The position numbers were made by a program, and so were the translations under genes. Shown piece after piece: positions 24,984 through 35,766 of a DNA stretch of 64,000 bases (its first letter is position 1; every line of letters starts with the position of its first letter). The notes beneath the pieces were generated by a model. The model was not told where the DNA came from. It was given only the letters and a program-made list of their open reading frames with translations, and searched no databases. Location of the stretch: assembly GCF_057098645.1 (NCBI RefSeq), contig NZ_CM169472.1. One strand, given 5' to 3'.

Positions 24984-25941
24984 TTAACCTATCTCCTGTA
25001 ACGCATGTCTCTGGCGTTCGACGATATTGGTCCACAAATTGTCTTTATCGTCAGTCCACAAATTAATCAGCAAGGCAAAAAAGCGTTCAGCTGCCGGAGA
25101 AAGCACGGCATCTTTGCGGCGAATAATCCCCAATGTCCGACGTATAACGGGTTCCACCAGTGGGATACCAATAATCGAAGAATAGGGCGCATGGGGCATT
25201 GCCAGACCAGGAAGCGCTGAAATCCCCAGTCCTGCCTCCACCAGTCCTAATGACGTCGAAAGATGACGCACTTCGTAAAACCAGTCCAGCTTCCAGGGCT
25301 TGTCGGCTAGCTGTTGTTCTATCAACAGTCGGTTGCCGCTGGAGGAGCGTACGCCAATCATTTTGTAACCCACTAACTCCTGCCATTCTACAAGCTGCTT
25401 TTTGGCCAATGGATGAATTTGTGACGTTGTTCATGTTTATGCCAAAGTCTGATTCGTTACATAGCTCCGATTCCATGCAATTATTCGTGCCTTGTTCCAG
25501 AATCCGCACTTTAATATTGGGATACAGCTCATTAAATTTACCGATTGCCAGCGGTAAAAAATAAAATACTGCGGTCGGAATACACGCTAACGTCACCATA
25601 CCACGATGATAAGCATTCATATCACGAATATTAAAAAGCGTTTCATCGAATTTCTTTATTAATTCCCGCGCCTCCGGGAGCAACCTTTTTCCTGCTTTTG
25701 TTAACGTAACCTTGCGAGTTGTACGCTCAAATAGTTGAATATGTAAATCTTCCTCCATCTTTTTTATTCTTCGCGTTAATGCAGGTTGCGTAATGTTGAG
25801 TAATTTAGCGGCATTGTTAAATGAACTGGACTCTGCCAGTATGACAAATGCCTTCATACTTGATAATTCATGCTTCATTATTACTCCGGAAAATGGAAGC
25901 GTTGATTTTGGGTGGCTGGCCGTTAAAAATTTTAACTGCAT
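24984..25941 (-). pseudogene. ybhD: LysR-family regulator YbhD, apparently frameshifted at an A5 run
   Basis: N-terminal HTH half is in one frame (to about 25410) and the LysR C-terminal half is in the +1 frame (25409..24984); the switch coincides with the homopolymer at 25403-25407. Confidence 0.6.
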
Positions 25942-26061
25942 TTAGCCAACTTAAATTAATGAAAAAATGTTATTAATCGTTGAGCTAAAGTCATTAGAGA
26001 TGCTTTGCCCTTAATGTAACCATATCGCAATAAGTTATGTTTTTAAATTGAGGGCATTATT

Positions 26062-27114
26062 ATGAAAAAAATACCCTGCGTGATGATGCGAGGTGGAACC
26101 TCGAGGGGCGCGTTCCTGTTAGCGGAACATTTACCCGAAGATCAAACGCAGCGCGATAAAATATTGATGGCAATTATGGGTTCCGGTAACGATCTGGAAA
26201 TTGACGGTATTGGCGGCGGTAATCCACTGACCAGTAAAGTCGCCATTATAAGCCGTTCCAGCGATCCGCGTGCTGATGTTGATTATCTGTTTGCTCAAGT
26301 TATCGTCCATGAGCAACGTGTCGATACCACGCCTAACTGCGGCAATATGCTGTCTGGCGTTGGGGCATTCGCCATTGAAAATGGTTTGATTGCAGCGACT
26401 TCGCCAGTTACTCGCGTACGTATCCGCAACGTCAATACGGGTACGTTTATCGAAGCTGATGTGCAAACGCCAAATGGTGTAGTCGAGTACGAGGGTAGCG
26501 CCAGAATTGACGGCGTACCGGGTACTGCCGCACCGGTTGCACTCACTTTCCTGAATGCCGCTGGAACCAAAACCGGAAAAGTTTTCCCGACTGATAATCA
26601 GATTGATTATTTTGACGATGTCCCGGTGACCTGTATCGATATGGCGATGCCAGTCGTCATTATTCCGGCTGAATATCTGGGAAAAACAGGCTATGAATTA
26701 CCGGCGGAACTGGATGCCGACAAAGCATTATTAGCCCGCATTGAATCTATCCGTCTACAAGCGGGTAAAACAATGGGCTTAGGCGATGTCAGTAATATGG
26801 TTATCCCTAAACCTGTGCTTATTTCTCCAGCGCAGAAAGGCGGGGCAATTAATGTGCGTTATTTTATGCCGCATTCTTGCCATCGCGCGCTGGCGATAAC
26901 CGGTGCTATTGCTATTTCCAGTAGTTGTGCATTGGAAGGCACCGTCACCCGACAAATCGTCCCTTCTGTAGGATACGGCAATATCAATATTGAACACCCC
27001 AGTGGTGCGCTCGACGTTCATTTAAGTAATGAAGGTCAGGATGCCACGACGTTACGCGCATCTGTTATTCGGACAACCAGAAAAATATTTTCCGGTGAAG
27101 TTTATCTTCCCTGA
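26062..27114 (+). CDS. ybhH: YbhH, PrpF/AcnD-accessory-like isomerase family
   Basis: 350 aa, synteny ybhD-ybhH-ybhI. Confidence 0.8.
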   Translation: MKKIPCVMMRGGTSRGAFLLAEHLPEDQTQRDKILMAIMGSGNDLEIDGIGGGNPLTSKVAIISRSSDPRADVDYLFAQVIVHEQRVDTTPNCGNMLSGVGAFAIENGLIAATSPVTRVRIRNVNTGTFIEADVQTPNGVVEYEGSARIDGVPGTAAPVALTFLNAAGTKTGKVFPTDNQIDYFDDVPVTCIDMAMPVVIIPAEYLGKTGYELPAELDADKALLARIESIRLQAGKTMGLGDVSNMVIPKPVLISPAQKGGAINVRYFMPHSCHRALAITGAIAISSSCALEGTVTRQIVPSVGYGNINIEHPSGALDVHLSNEGQDATTLRASVIRTTRKIFSGEVYLP

Positions 27115-27189
27115 AAAAATTCGTTGTCAGGATAAGGACAATCAATAAAGGACTTCTGTATGAGTCATACAGAAAGAACAGGATTTTAA

Positions 27190-28623
27190 ATGAATAAGAA
27201 ATCGTTATGGAAGCTAATTCTGATATTAGCGATCCCATGTATTATTGGTTTTATGCCAGCTCCGGCAGGATTAAGCGAACTGGCGTGGGTGCTTTTTGGT
27301 ATTTACCTGGCGGCCATTGTGGGGCTGGTTATCAAGCCTTTCCCGGAACCTGTCGTACTGTTAATTGCTGTTGCTGCCTCCATGGTGGTGGTCGGTAACT
27401 TATCCGACGGTGCGTTTAAGACCACCGCCGTATTAAGCGGTTACTCTTCAGGTACCACCTGGCTGGTGTTCTCGGCGTTTACCTTAAGCGCCGCATTTGT
27501 GACCACCGGCTTAGGTAAACGTATTGCCTATTTGCTGATTGGTAAAATTGGTAGCACTACCCTGGGGCTGGGTTACGTTACGGTATTTCTCGATCTGGTA
27601 CTGGCTCCGGCAACACCGTCTAACACCGCGCGTGCGGGCGGCATTGTGTTACCGATCATCAACAGCGTGGCGGTGGCTTTGGGGTCCGAACCGGAAAAAA
27701 GTCCGCGTCGTGTCGGACATTACCTGATGATGTCCATTTACATGGTCACCAAAACCACCAGCTATATGTTCTTTACCGCAATGGCGGGGAACATTCTGGC
27801 GCTGAAAATGATCAACGACATTCTGCACCTGCAAATTAGCTGGGGGGGATGGGCGCTGGCCGCCGGATTGCCGGGCATCATTATGCTGCTGGTTACTCCG
27901 CTGGTGATTTACACCATGTATCCGCCAGAAATTAAGAAGGTGGATAATAAAACCATCGCCAAAGCGGGCCTTGCCGAACTGGGACCGATGAAAATCCGCG
28001 AAAAAATGCTGCTCGGTGTCTTTGTGCTGGCGCTGCTGGGCTGGATTTTCAGTAAGTCCCTGGGGGTTGATGAATCCACCGTGGCAATCGTTGTTATGGC
28101 GACCATGCTGCTGCTGGGTATCGTTACCTGGGAAGACGTGGTTAAAAATAAAGGCGGCTGGAATACCTTAATCTGGTACGGCGGTATTATCGGCTTAAGC
28201 TCCTTATTATCGAAAGTTAAATTCTTCGAATGGTTAGCTGAAGTCTTTAAAAATAACCTGGCATTTGATGGTCACGGTAACGTTGCTTTCTTCGTTATTA
28301 TTTTCCTCAGCATCATCGTGCGTTATTTCTTCGCTTCCGGTAGTGCCTATATCGTTGCCATGTTGCCGGTATTTGCCATGCTGGCGAACGTCTCCGGCGC
28401 ACCGTTAATGTTAACCGCGCTGGCACTGTTGTTCTCCAACTCCTATGGCGGCATGGTTACTCACTATGGCGGCGCGGCAGGTCCGGTCATCTTTGGCGTG
28501 GGTTACAACGATATTAAATCCTGGTGGTTGGTCGGTGCGGTACTGACGATATTAACCTTCCTGGTGCATATCACCCTCGGCGTGTGGTGGTGGAATATGC
28601 TGATCGGCTGGAACATGCTGTAA
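27190..28623 (+). CDS. ybhI: YbhI, DASS-family di/tricarboxylate transporter
   Basis: 477 aa polytopic membrane protein. Confidence 0.85.
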   Translation: MNKKSLWKLILILAIPCIIGFMPAPAGLSELAWVLFGIYLAAIVGLVIKPFPEPVVLLIAVAASMVVVGNLSDGAFKTTAVLSGYSSGTTWLVFSAFTLSAAFVTTGLGKRIAYLLIGKIGSTTLGLGYVTVFLDLVLAPATPSNTARAGGIVLPIINSVAVALGSEPEKSPRRVGHYLMMSIYMVTKTTSYMFFTAMAGNILALKMINDILHLQISWGGWALAAGLPGIIMLLVTPLVIYTMYPPEIKKVDNKTIAKAGLAELGPMKIREKMLLGVFVLALLGWIFSKSLGVDESTVAIVVMATMLLLGIVTWEDVVKNKGGWNTLIWYGGIIGLSSLLSKVKFFEWLAEVFKNNLAFDGHGNVAFFVIIFLSIIVRYFFASGSAYIVAMLPVFAMLANVSGAPLMLTALALLFSNSYGGMVTHYGGAAGPVIFGVGYNDIKSWWLVGAVLTILTFLVHITLGVWWWNMLIGWNML

Positions 28624-28805
28624 ATATACTCGTCATACTTCAAGTTGCATGTGCTGCGTCTGTGTTCGCTCACCCCAGTCACTTACTTATGTAAGTGACT
28701 GGGGATTCACTCGCTTGTCGCCTTCCTGCAACTCGAATTATTTAGAGTATATCCATTTATTATCTTTCTGCGCACTTCACGGTGCGCAGATATCTGGAGC
28801 ATTTG

Positions 28806-31067
28806 ATGATCAAGTTATCTGAAAAAGGCGTGTTTCTCGCCAGTAATAACGAAATAATTGCCGAAGAACATTTCACCGGCGAAATTAAAAAAGAAGAAGC
28901 CAAAAAAGGCACTATTGCCTGGTCTATTCTCTCTTCGCATAATACGTCCGGAAATATGGATAAACTTAAAATTAAGTTTGATTCATTAGCCTCTCACGAT
29001 ATTACCTTTGTTGGTATTGTACAGACCGCTAAAGCGTCCGGTATGAAACGTTTCCCGCTGCCGTATGTGCTGACCAACTGCCATAACTCACTCTGCGCCG
29101 TCGGTGGCACCATTAACGGTGATGACCATGTTTTTGGTTTATCGGCGGCTCAGCGTTATGGCGGTATTTTTGTGCCTCCGCACATTGCGGTCATCCATCA
29201 ATATATGCGTGAGATGATGGCAGGCGGTGGCAAAATGATCCTCGGGTCAGACAGCCACACCCGTTACGGTGCATTAGGGACAATGGCAGTCGGTGAGGGC
29301 GGCGGTGAGTTGGTAAAACAGCTGCTTAATGACACCTGGGATATCGACTATCCGGGAGTTGTTGCGGTGCATCTGACCGGAAAACCAGCGCCGTATGTGG
29401 GGCCGCAGGATGTGGCGTTGGCTATCATCGGTGCCGTGTTCAAAAACGGCTACGTCAAAAACAAAGTGATGGAATTCGTAGGTCCCGGTGTTGCTGCGCT
29501 CTCTACCGATTTCCGTAACAGCGTTGACGTTATGACCACTGAAACGACCTGTTTAAGTTCTGTCTGGCAAACCGATGAAGAAGTCCATAACTGGCTGGCG
29601 CTGCACGGTCGCGGCCAGGATTACTGCCAGCTTAACCCTCAACCGATGGCGTACTACGATGGCTGCATCAGCGTTGATTTAAGCGCCATCAAACCAATGA
29701 TTGCGCTGCCGTTCCACCCGAGCAACGTGTATGAAATCGACACGCTGAACCAGAACCTGACCGACATTCTACGTGAGATTGAAATTGAGTCCGAGCGCGT
29801 GGCGCACGGTAAAGCCAAACTCTCGCTGCTGGATAAAGTGGAAAATGGCCGCCTGAAAGTGCAGCAGGGGATTATCGCGGGCTGTTCTGGCGGTAACTAC
29901 GAAAACGTTATCGCGGCGGCGAATGCACTGCGCGGTCAATCCTGTGGCAATGACACCTTCTCGCTGGCGGTTTACCCGTCATCACAGCCGGTGTTTATGG
30001 ATTTAGCCAAAAAAGGTGTGGTAGCAGATTTGATTGGCGCAGGCGCAATTATCAGAACCGCGTTCTGTGGCCCATGCTTTGGCGCGGGCGATACGCCAAT
30101 CAACAACGGTTTGAGTATTCGCCACACCACGCGTAACTTCCCGAACCGCGAAGGCTCTAAGCCAGCTAATGGGCAGATGTCAGCGGTGGCGTTGATGGAC
30201 GCTCGTTCTATCGCTGCGACTGCGGCAAACGGTGGCTATTTAACCTCTGCCAGCGAACTCGATTGCTGGGACAACGTGCCGGAGTACGCCTTCGATGTAA
30301 CGCCGTATAAAAATCGCGTCTATCAAGGCTTTGTGAAAGGGGCGACCCAGCAACCGCTGATTTACGGACCGAACATTAAAGACTGGCCGGAATTGGGTGC
30401 GCTGACTGACAATATCGTCCTCAAAGTGTGCTCGAAGATCCTCGACGAAGTGACCACCACCGACGAATTGATTCCTTCCGGTGAAACCTCTTCTTATCGT
30501 TCAAATCCGATTGGTCTGGCGGAGTTTACCCTGTCTCGCCGTGATCCCGGTTATGTTGGCAGAAGTAAAGCGACTGCTGAGCTGGAAAATCAGCGTCTGG
30601 CGGGGAATGTCAGCGAGCTGACAGAGGTGTTTGCGCGCATTAAGCAGATTGCTGGTCAGGAGCATATTGATCCGCTGCAAACTGAAATTGGCAGCATGGT
30701 CTATGCGGTGAAACCAGGCGATGGTTCTGCGCGTGAACAGGCGGCGAGCTGCCAGCGTGTGATTGGCGGTCTGGCGAATATTGCCGAGGAGTACGCGACT
30801 AAACGCTACCGTTCTAACGTCATCAACTGGGGGATGTTACCTTTGCAGATGGCGGAAGTGCCAACCTTTGAAGTGGGGGATTACATTTACATCCCTGGTA
30901 TTAAAGCGGCGCTGGATAATCCGGGTACGACGTTTAAAGGTTATGTGATCCATGAAGATGCGCCGGTAACGGAAATTACGCTCTATATGGAAAGTCTGAC
31001 TGCTGAAGAGCGCGAGATTATCAAGGCGGGTAGTTTGATTAACTTCAATAAAAACCGTCAGATGTAA
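28806..31067 (+). CDS. ybhJ: YbhJ, aconitase-family protein
   Basis: [23 protein letters not shown]..., aconitase-like cysteine ligands (GSDSHT, CGPCFG). Confidence 0.85.
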   Translation: MIKLSEKGVFLASNNEIIAEEHFTGEIKKEEAKKGTIAWSILSSHNTSGNMDKLKIKFDSLASHDITFVGIVQTAKASGMKRFPLPYVLTNCHNSLCAVGGTINGDDHVFGLSAAQRYGGIFVPPHIAVIHQYMREMMAGGGKMILGSDSHTRYGALGTMAVGEGGGELVKQLLNDTWDIDYPGVVAVHLTGKPAPYVGPQDVALAIIGAVFKNGYVKNKVMEFVGPGVAALSTDFRNSVDVMTTETTCLSSVWQTDEEVHNWLALHGRGQDYCQLNPQPMAYYDGCISVDLSAIKPMIALPFHPSNVYEIDTLNQNLTDILREIEIESERVAHGKAKLSLLDKVENGRLKVQQGIIAGCSGGNYENVIAAANALRGQSCGNDTFSLAVYPSSQPVFMDLAKKGVVADLIGAGAIIRTAFCGPCFGAGDTPINNGLSIRHTTRNFPNREGSKPANGQMSAVALMDARSIAATAANGGYLTSASELDCWDNVPEYAFDVTPYKNRVYQGFVKGATQQPLIYGPNIKDWPELGALTDNIVLKVCSKILDEVTTTDELIPSGETSSYRSNPIGLAEFTLSRRDPGYVGRSKATAELENQRLAGNVSELTEVFARIKQIAGQEHIDPLQTEIGSMVYAVKPGDGSAREQAASCQRVIGGLANIAEEYATKRYRSNVINWGMLPLQMAEVPTFEVGDYIYIPGIKAALDNPGTTFKGYVIHEDAPVTEITLYMESLTAEEREIIKAGSLINFNKNRQM

Positions 31068-31077
31068 AAAGCACCAT

Positions 31078-31191
<114 letters not shown>

Positions 31192-31207
31192 AAATAGTTA
31201 ATAGCTC

Positions 31208-32491
31208 TTACTTCTTCGCCTCTGCAACCACTTTGCTACCCACGCCGCGGTTATTGTATTCCCACATGCGGTTGTAGTTAGTGTCATTCAGATTGCGCTG
31301 TATTTCGTCGCTATCGTCAACGCTGCCGGTATTACCCGCAAACGGACGATTAGAGCTCACCGCATCGGCCCATGGTTTAGCCGTGTTAAAACCTTCGTTG
31401 ATGGCGCTATCACGGATCACCACCTGACCGTTGGTATTGGCATCAACATCCAGCGAGCGGCCCATTTGTGCCACGCCATCACCGGAAGCATTGAAACGGC
31501 TGTTTACGGCGAGGAAACCGTAGTAAATGTTGGACAGCGTAGCCGGTGCAAACACATACGCTTCTTGCTGAGTACGTGAGTTCACCACGCGGAATTCGGT
31601 GTTATCGAACACCACTGCGCCGCGACCAGAAACGATATCCACATCCCCTTCAATGTAGCTGTTGGTCACCAGCGTACGCGGCTGACGATTCGTTTCCAGA
31701 CGGTTCTGCACACCGCTGTTGGTGACAAAGAAGGTGTTCTGACGACCGAGAATGTTAACGTTGTTAATCTGTACCTGGTCACCGTCAGTACGCAGTGCCA
31801 CCGCCGGATGGTTACCTGCATCTACGCTATCGCCCAGCGTGTTTTCGATGGTCAGATTTTGCAGTTGCAGGCCATTGTTTTGTGACCAGAAGACCGCAGA
31901 ACAGAGAACACCGATACTGTCGCTGCGTTTGCTCTGGCAGCTATCGTACATATACCACGCTGGTTTACCTGGCATATATTTGCCGCGCGGGTTGACGTCG
32001 TGACGCCAGTCGGCAGGGCTCATGCCCCCATCAAGGGAAAGCCCAATCTTCACATCAATCGGTTTTTCACCTGTACCGTACAGAGTAATTCCACCTGGAG
32101 CAGCAGGGACATACACCGTTCCCTGATACTCACCAGGCATCACGGCAATATACTGGCGCTTGTTGGTACGCTTGATAATTGCCGCATCTACCGCCGCCTG
32201 AATCGTGGTATGCGTTACACCTTGAGTACCCGCCGGGCCGACAACAAAGTCAGGTTGCGCAGGCAGGGTTATCGGGGACGGATTCCACGCTGCAGCACCT
32301 GGTGTCAGGGATGCAAAATAGTGTTGCGCATCGAAATTCTGCGCTTCTTTTGCCGACAGAATCGGGCGAGAAGAGGTACCAGGCGCAGTTTGATCAGAAG
32401 GACGTTGATCGGGTGGTGTTGAGCTACAGGCGGTCAGCGTCACGCCAAAAGCCAATGCCAGCGCCAGACGGGAAACTGAAAATGTGTTCAC
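31208..32491 (-). CDS. ybhC: YbhC, outer-membrane lipoprotein with pectinesterase-like beta-helix
   Basis: 427 aa, lipobox LTAC; last host gene before the lambda attachment site. Confidence 0.9.
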   Translation of the reverse strand: MNTFSVSRLALALAFGVTLTACSSTPPDQRPSDQTAPGTSSRPILSAKEAQNFDAQHYFASLTPGAAAWNPSPITLPAQPDFVVGPAGTQGVTHTTIQAAVDAAIIKRTNKRQYIAVMPGEYQGTVYVPAAPGGITLYGTGEKPIDVKIGLSLDGGMSPADWRHDVNPRGKYMPGKPAWYMYDSCQSKRSDSIGVLCSAVFWSQNNGLQLQNLTIENTLGDSVDAGNHPAVALRTDGDQVQINNVNILGRQNTFFVTNSGVQNRLETNRQPRTLVTNSYIEGDVDIVSGRGAVVFDNTEFRVVNSRTQQEAYVFAPATLSNIYYGFLAVNSRFNASGDGVAQMGRSLDVDANTNGQVVIRDSAINEGFNTAKPWADAVSSNRPFAGNTGSVDDSDEIQRNLNDTNYNRMWEYNNRGVGSKVVAEAKK

Positions 32492-32537
32492 AGGTTGCTC
32501 CGGGCTATGAAATAGAAAAATGAATCCGTTGAAGCCT

Positions 32538-32552
32538 GCTTTTTTATACTAA
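32538..32552. other. attL: Lambda attachment core (attL) at the chromosome/prophage junction
   Basis: GCTTTTTTATACTAA core followed by the lambda P-prime arm (AGTTGGCATTATAAAAAAGCATTGCTTATCAATTTGTTGCAACGAACAGGTCACTATCAGTC). Confidence 0.85.
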
Positions 32553-32625
32553 GTTGGCATTATAAAAAAGCATTGCTTATCAATTTGTTGCAACGAACAG
32601 GTCACTATCAGTCAAAATAAAATCA

Positions 32626-33696
32626 TTATTTGATTTCAATTTTGTCCCACTCCCTGCCTCTGTCATCACGATACTGTGATGCCATGGTGTCCGACTTATG
32701 CCCGAGAAGATGTTGAGCAAACTTATCGCTTATCTGCTTCTCATAGAGTCTTGCAGACAAACTGCGCAACTCGTGAAAGGTAGGCGGATCCCCTTCGAAG
32801 GAAAGACCTGATGCTTTTCGTGCGCGCATAAAATACCTTGATACTGTGCCGGATGAAAGCGGTTCACGACGAGTAGATGCAATTATGGTTTCTCCGCCAA
32901 GAATCTCTTTGCATTTATCAAGTGTTTCCTTCATTGATATCCCGAGAGCATCAACATGCAATGTTGTAGGGATGGCAATTTTTACGCCTGTTTTGCTTTG
33001 TTCGACATAAAGATATCCATCTACGATATCAGACCACTTCATTTCGCATAAATCACCAACTCGCTGCCCGGTAACAACAGCCAGTTCCATTGCAAGTCTG
33101 AGCCAACATGGTGATGATTCTGCTGCTTGATAAATTTTCAGGTATTCGTCAGCCGTAAGTCTTGATCTCCTTACCTCTGATTTTGCTGCGCGAGTGGCAG
33201 CGACCGGGTTTGTTGTTATATGGCCTTCAGCTATTGCCTCTCGGAATGCATCGCTCAGTGTTGATCTGATTAACTTGGCTGACGCCGCCTTGCCCTCGTC
33301 TATGTATCCATTGAGCATTGCCGCAATTTCTTTTGTGGTGATGTCTTCAAGTGGAGCATCAGGCAGCCCCCTCCTTATTGCTTTAATTTTGCTCATGTAA
33401 TTTATGAGTGTCTTCTGCTTGATTCCTCTGCTGGCGAGGATTTTTTCGTAGCGATCAAGCCATGAATGTAACGTAACAGAATTATCACTGTTGATTCTCG
33501 CTGTCAGAGGCTTGTGTTTGTGTCCTGAAAATAACTCAATATTGGCCTGTATTGCTTCAGTGATTGCTATCCTCCTGTCTCGGCCTAAACCAAACTCTTT
33601 ACCCGTCCTTGGGTCCCTGTAGCAGTAATATCCATTGTTTCTTATATAAAGGTTAGGGGGTAAATCCCGGCGCTCATGACTTCGCCTTCTTCCCAT
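32626..33696 (-). CDS. int: Lambda integrase
   Basis: 356 aa, MGRRRSHERRDLPPNLYIRNNGYYCYRDPRTGKEFGLGRDRRIAITEAIQ..., matches recalled lambda Int. Confidence 0.97.
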   Translation of the reverse strand: MGRRRSHERRDLPPNLYIRNNGYYCYRDPRTGKEFGLGRDRRIAITEAIQANIELFSGHKHKPLTARINSDNSVTLHSWLDRYEKILASRGIKQKTLINYMSKIKAIRRGLPDAPLEDITTKEIAAMLNGYIDEGKAASAKLIRSTLSDAFREAIAEGHITTNPVAATRAAKSEVRRSRLTADEYLKIYQAAESSPCWLRLAMELAVVTGQRVGDLCEMKWSDIVDGYLYVEQSKTGVKIAIPTTLHVDALGISMKETLDKCKEILGGETIIASTRREPLSSGTVSRYFMRARKASGLSFEGDPPTFHELRSLSARLYEKQISDKFAQHLLGHKSDTMASQYRDDRGREWDKIEIK

Positions 33697-33892
33697 TTCT
33701 GATCCTCTTCAAAAGGCTACCTGTTACTGGTCGATTTAAGTCAACCTTTACCGCTGATTCGTGGAACAGATACTCTCTTCCATCCTTAACCGGAGGAGGG
33801 AATATCCTGCATTCGCGCACCCATCGACGAACTGTTTCAAGGCTTCTTGGGCGTCGCTGGCGTGCGTTCCACTCCTGAAGTGTCAAGTACAT
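33674..33892 (-). CDS. xis: Lambda excisionase
   Basis: 72 aa, MYLTLQEWNARQRRPRSLETVRRWVRECRIFPPPVKDGREYLFHESAVKVDLNRP... Confidence 0.95.
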   Translation of the reverse strand: MYLTLQEWNARQRRPRSLETVRRWVRECRIFPPPVKDGREYLFHESAVKVDLNRPVTGSLLKRIRNGKKAKS

Positions 33893-33918
33893 CGCAAAGT
33901 CTCCGCAATTACACGCAA

Positions 33919-33940
33919 GAAAAAGCCGCCATCAGGCGGC
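33919..33940 (-). terminator. Intrinsic terminator for leftward transcription near orf55/xis
   Basis: On the minus strand gccgcc-tgat-ggcggc followed by TTTTT. Confidence 0.5.
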
Positions 33941-34099
33941 TTGGTGTTCTTTCAGTTCTTCAATTCGAATATTGGTTATGTCTGCATGTGCTATCTGCGC
34001 CCATATCATCCAGTGGTCATAGCAGTCATTGATGTTCTCTGCTTCGATAACTCTGTTGAATGGTTCTCCATTCCATTCACCTGTGACTCGGAAGTGCAT
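33932..34099 (-). CDS. Lambda orf55-like small protein
   Basis: 55-aa ORF MHFRVTGEWNGEPFNRVIEAENINDCYDHWMIWAQIAHADITNIRIEELKEHQAA, below the ORF-track cutoff. Confidence 0.7.
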   Translation of the reverse strand: MHFRVTGEWNGEPFNRVIEAENINDCYDHWMIWAQIAHADITNIRIEELKEHQAA

Positions 34100-34341
34100 T
34101 TATCATCTCCATAAAACAAAACCCGCCGTAGCGAGTTCAGATAAAAGAAATCCTCGTCAGTGCGAGGATGCTGTTCATTGCTGCTATACACTTTTTTGCT
34201 CTCAACGTAAGCGGTAGCTCATTCTGTTGGGTTGGTGCAGTTGCTTTTAGGAAATGCTATTTACCCCTTAAACGTCGGCTGAAAGAGCTAAAATCCATGC
34301 AAAAAATTTACGCAATTTTGTGTATTATTGTGCAGTAAGTA

Positions 34342-34944
34342 ATGAGCTATTTTCTGCGCAAAAAATGGATGGTAAATTTGTCCGGGGCAGGAAAAATTTT
34401 ATGGGCGCTAAACATGAAAAAAGATTCGTATCCTTATTTGATTTGCATGACAGTTTCAGGCCTGATCTTTATTTTCCTTTTCTTCTGGTGGCGGGCAGAT
34501 ATTTACAGGGTCACGTTTCTTAATCAGAGTATATCCCACTATTACATTCTGTTTAGCATGGGAATAGCTTTTCTGTTATCTCTGTTTTGGGTTAAGAAGG
34601 GGATAGTAAAACAAAGCGGCTGGAAGAGTCTGTCAGCATACCTTAAGGTTTATGCAGGGATGTGCATATTTGCTGGATTTTTTCTGATTATACCCCTTAC
34701 AACACTAACTTATTTTTTGCCTGGAGAGACATCGTCTTATGTTGCACCGTATCGGTATACTTCCGGTAGTTCAAAAAGTTGTTCTGGAGCTGAGGTGGAT
34801 GACCCCGATCTACATGAGAATATTCGCATTTGCTATCCGTATGGCAATTATGAGTACGATAATATTATCTATGTTGAAAAGAAAATTAATACATTAGGTG
34901 CGGTAGTAACATATGCACAGACCGCGCGTGATGATACTGAATGA
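34342..34944 (+). CDS. Hypothetical membrane protein (3-4 predicted TM helices plus C-terminal soluble domain); start uncertain
   Basis: 200-aa ORF, visibly AT-rich, opposite strand to the pL operon, occupying the lambda ea8.5/ea22 slot. Confidence 0.5.
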   Translation: MSYFLRKKWMVNLSGAGKILWALNMKKDSYPYLICMTVSGLIFIFLFFWWRADIYRVTFLNQSISHYYILFSMGIAFLLSLFWVKKGIVKQSGWKSLSAYLKVYAGMCIFAGFFLIIPLTTLTYFLPGETSSYVAPYRYTSGSSKSCSGAEVDDPDLHENIRICYPYGNYEYDNIIYVEKKINTLGAVVTYAQTARDDTE

Positions 34945-35154
34945 GATAGTATATAGCGGGCAAGTTTTAGTTAATTTATCGAGGTAATATAATTTACCTC
35001 GACTCGTTTATTCTGGTATTAATATTTCGCTTTACGATCGATTTTTATCTGATGATATCATGCGGTTTTCATATACTGACTTACTGTCTTTTCTCCGTTA
35101 GCGATTTTCTCCTGCTCAGCGATGATTTTATCTTTGGCTTCTAGTTAATTTCGC

Positions 35155-35376
35155 TCACTTCGAACCTCTCTGTTTACTGATAAGTTCCAGATCCTCCTGG
35201 CAACTTGCACAAGTCCGACAACCCTGAACGGCCAGGCGTCTTCGCTCATCTATGGGATCGCCACACTCACAACAATGAGTGGCAGATATAGCCTGGTGGT
35301 TCAGGCGGCGCATTTTTATTGCTGTGTTGCGCTGTAATTCTTCAATTTCTGATGCTGAATCAATGATGTCTGCCAT
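35155..35376 (-). CDS. TraR/DksA-family C4 zinc-finger protein
   Basis: 73 aa, CxxC-x17-CxxC (HCCECGDPIDERRRLAVQGCRTCASCQ). Confidence 0.75.
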   Translation of the reverse strand: MADIIDSASEIEELQRNTAIKMRRLNHQAISATHCCECGDPIDERRRLAVQGCRTCASCQEDLELISKQRGSK

Positions 35377-35474
35377 CTTCCATTAATCCCTGAATTGTTG
35401 GTTAATACGCTTGAGGGTGAATGCGAACAATAAAAAAGGAGCCTGTAGCTCCCTGATGATTTTGCTTTTCATGC

Positions 35475-35690
35475 TCACCGTTCCTTAAAGACGCCGTTTA
35501 ACATGCCGATCGCCAGGCTTAAATGAGTCGGTGTGAATCCCATCAGCGTTACCGTTTCGCGGTGCTTCTTCAGTACGCTACGGCAAATGTCATCGACGTT
35601 TTTATCCGGAAACTGCTGTCTGGCTTTTTTGATTTCAGAATTAGCCTGACGGGCAATACTGCGAAGGGCGTTTTCTTGCTGAGGTGTCAT
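35475..35690 (-). CDS. Hypothetical small protein (71 aa from MTPQQENALRSIARQ...)
   Basis: ORF in the pL operon between the TraR-like gene and orf63. Confidence 0.5.
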   Translation of the reverse strand: MTPQQENALRSIARQANSEIKKARQQFPDKNVDDICRSVLKKHRETVTLMGFTPTHLSLAIGMLNGVFKER

Positions 35691-35766
35691 TGAACAAGTC
35701 CCATGTCGGCAAGCATAAGCACACAGAATATGAAGCCCGCTGCCAGAAAAATGCATTCAGTGGTTG

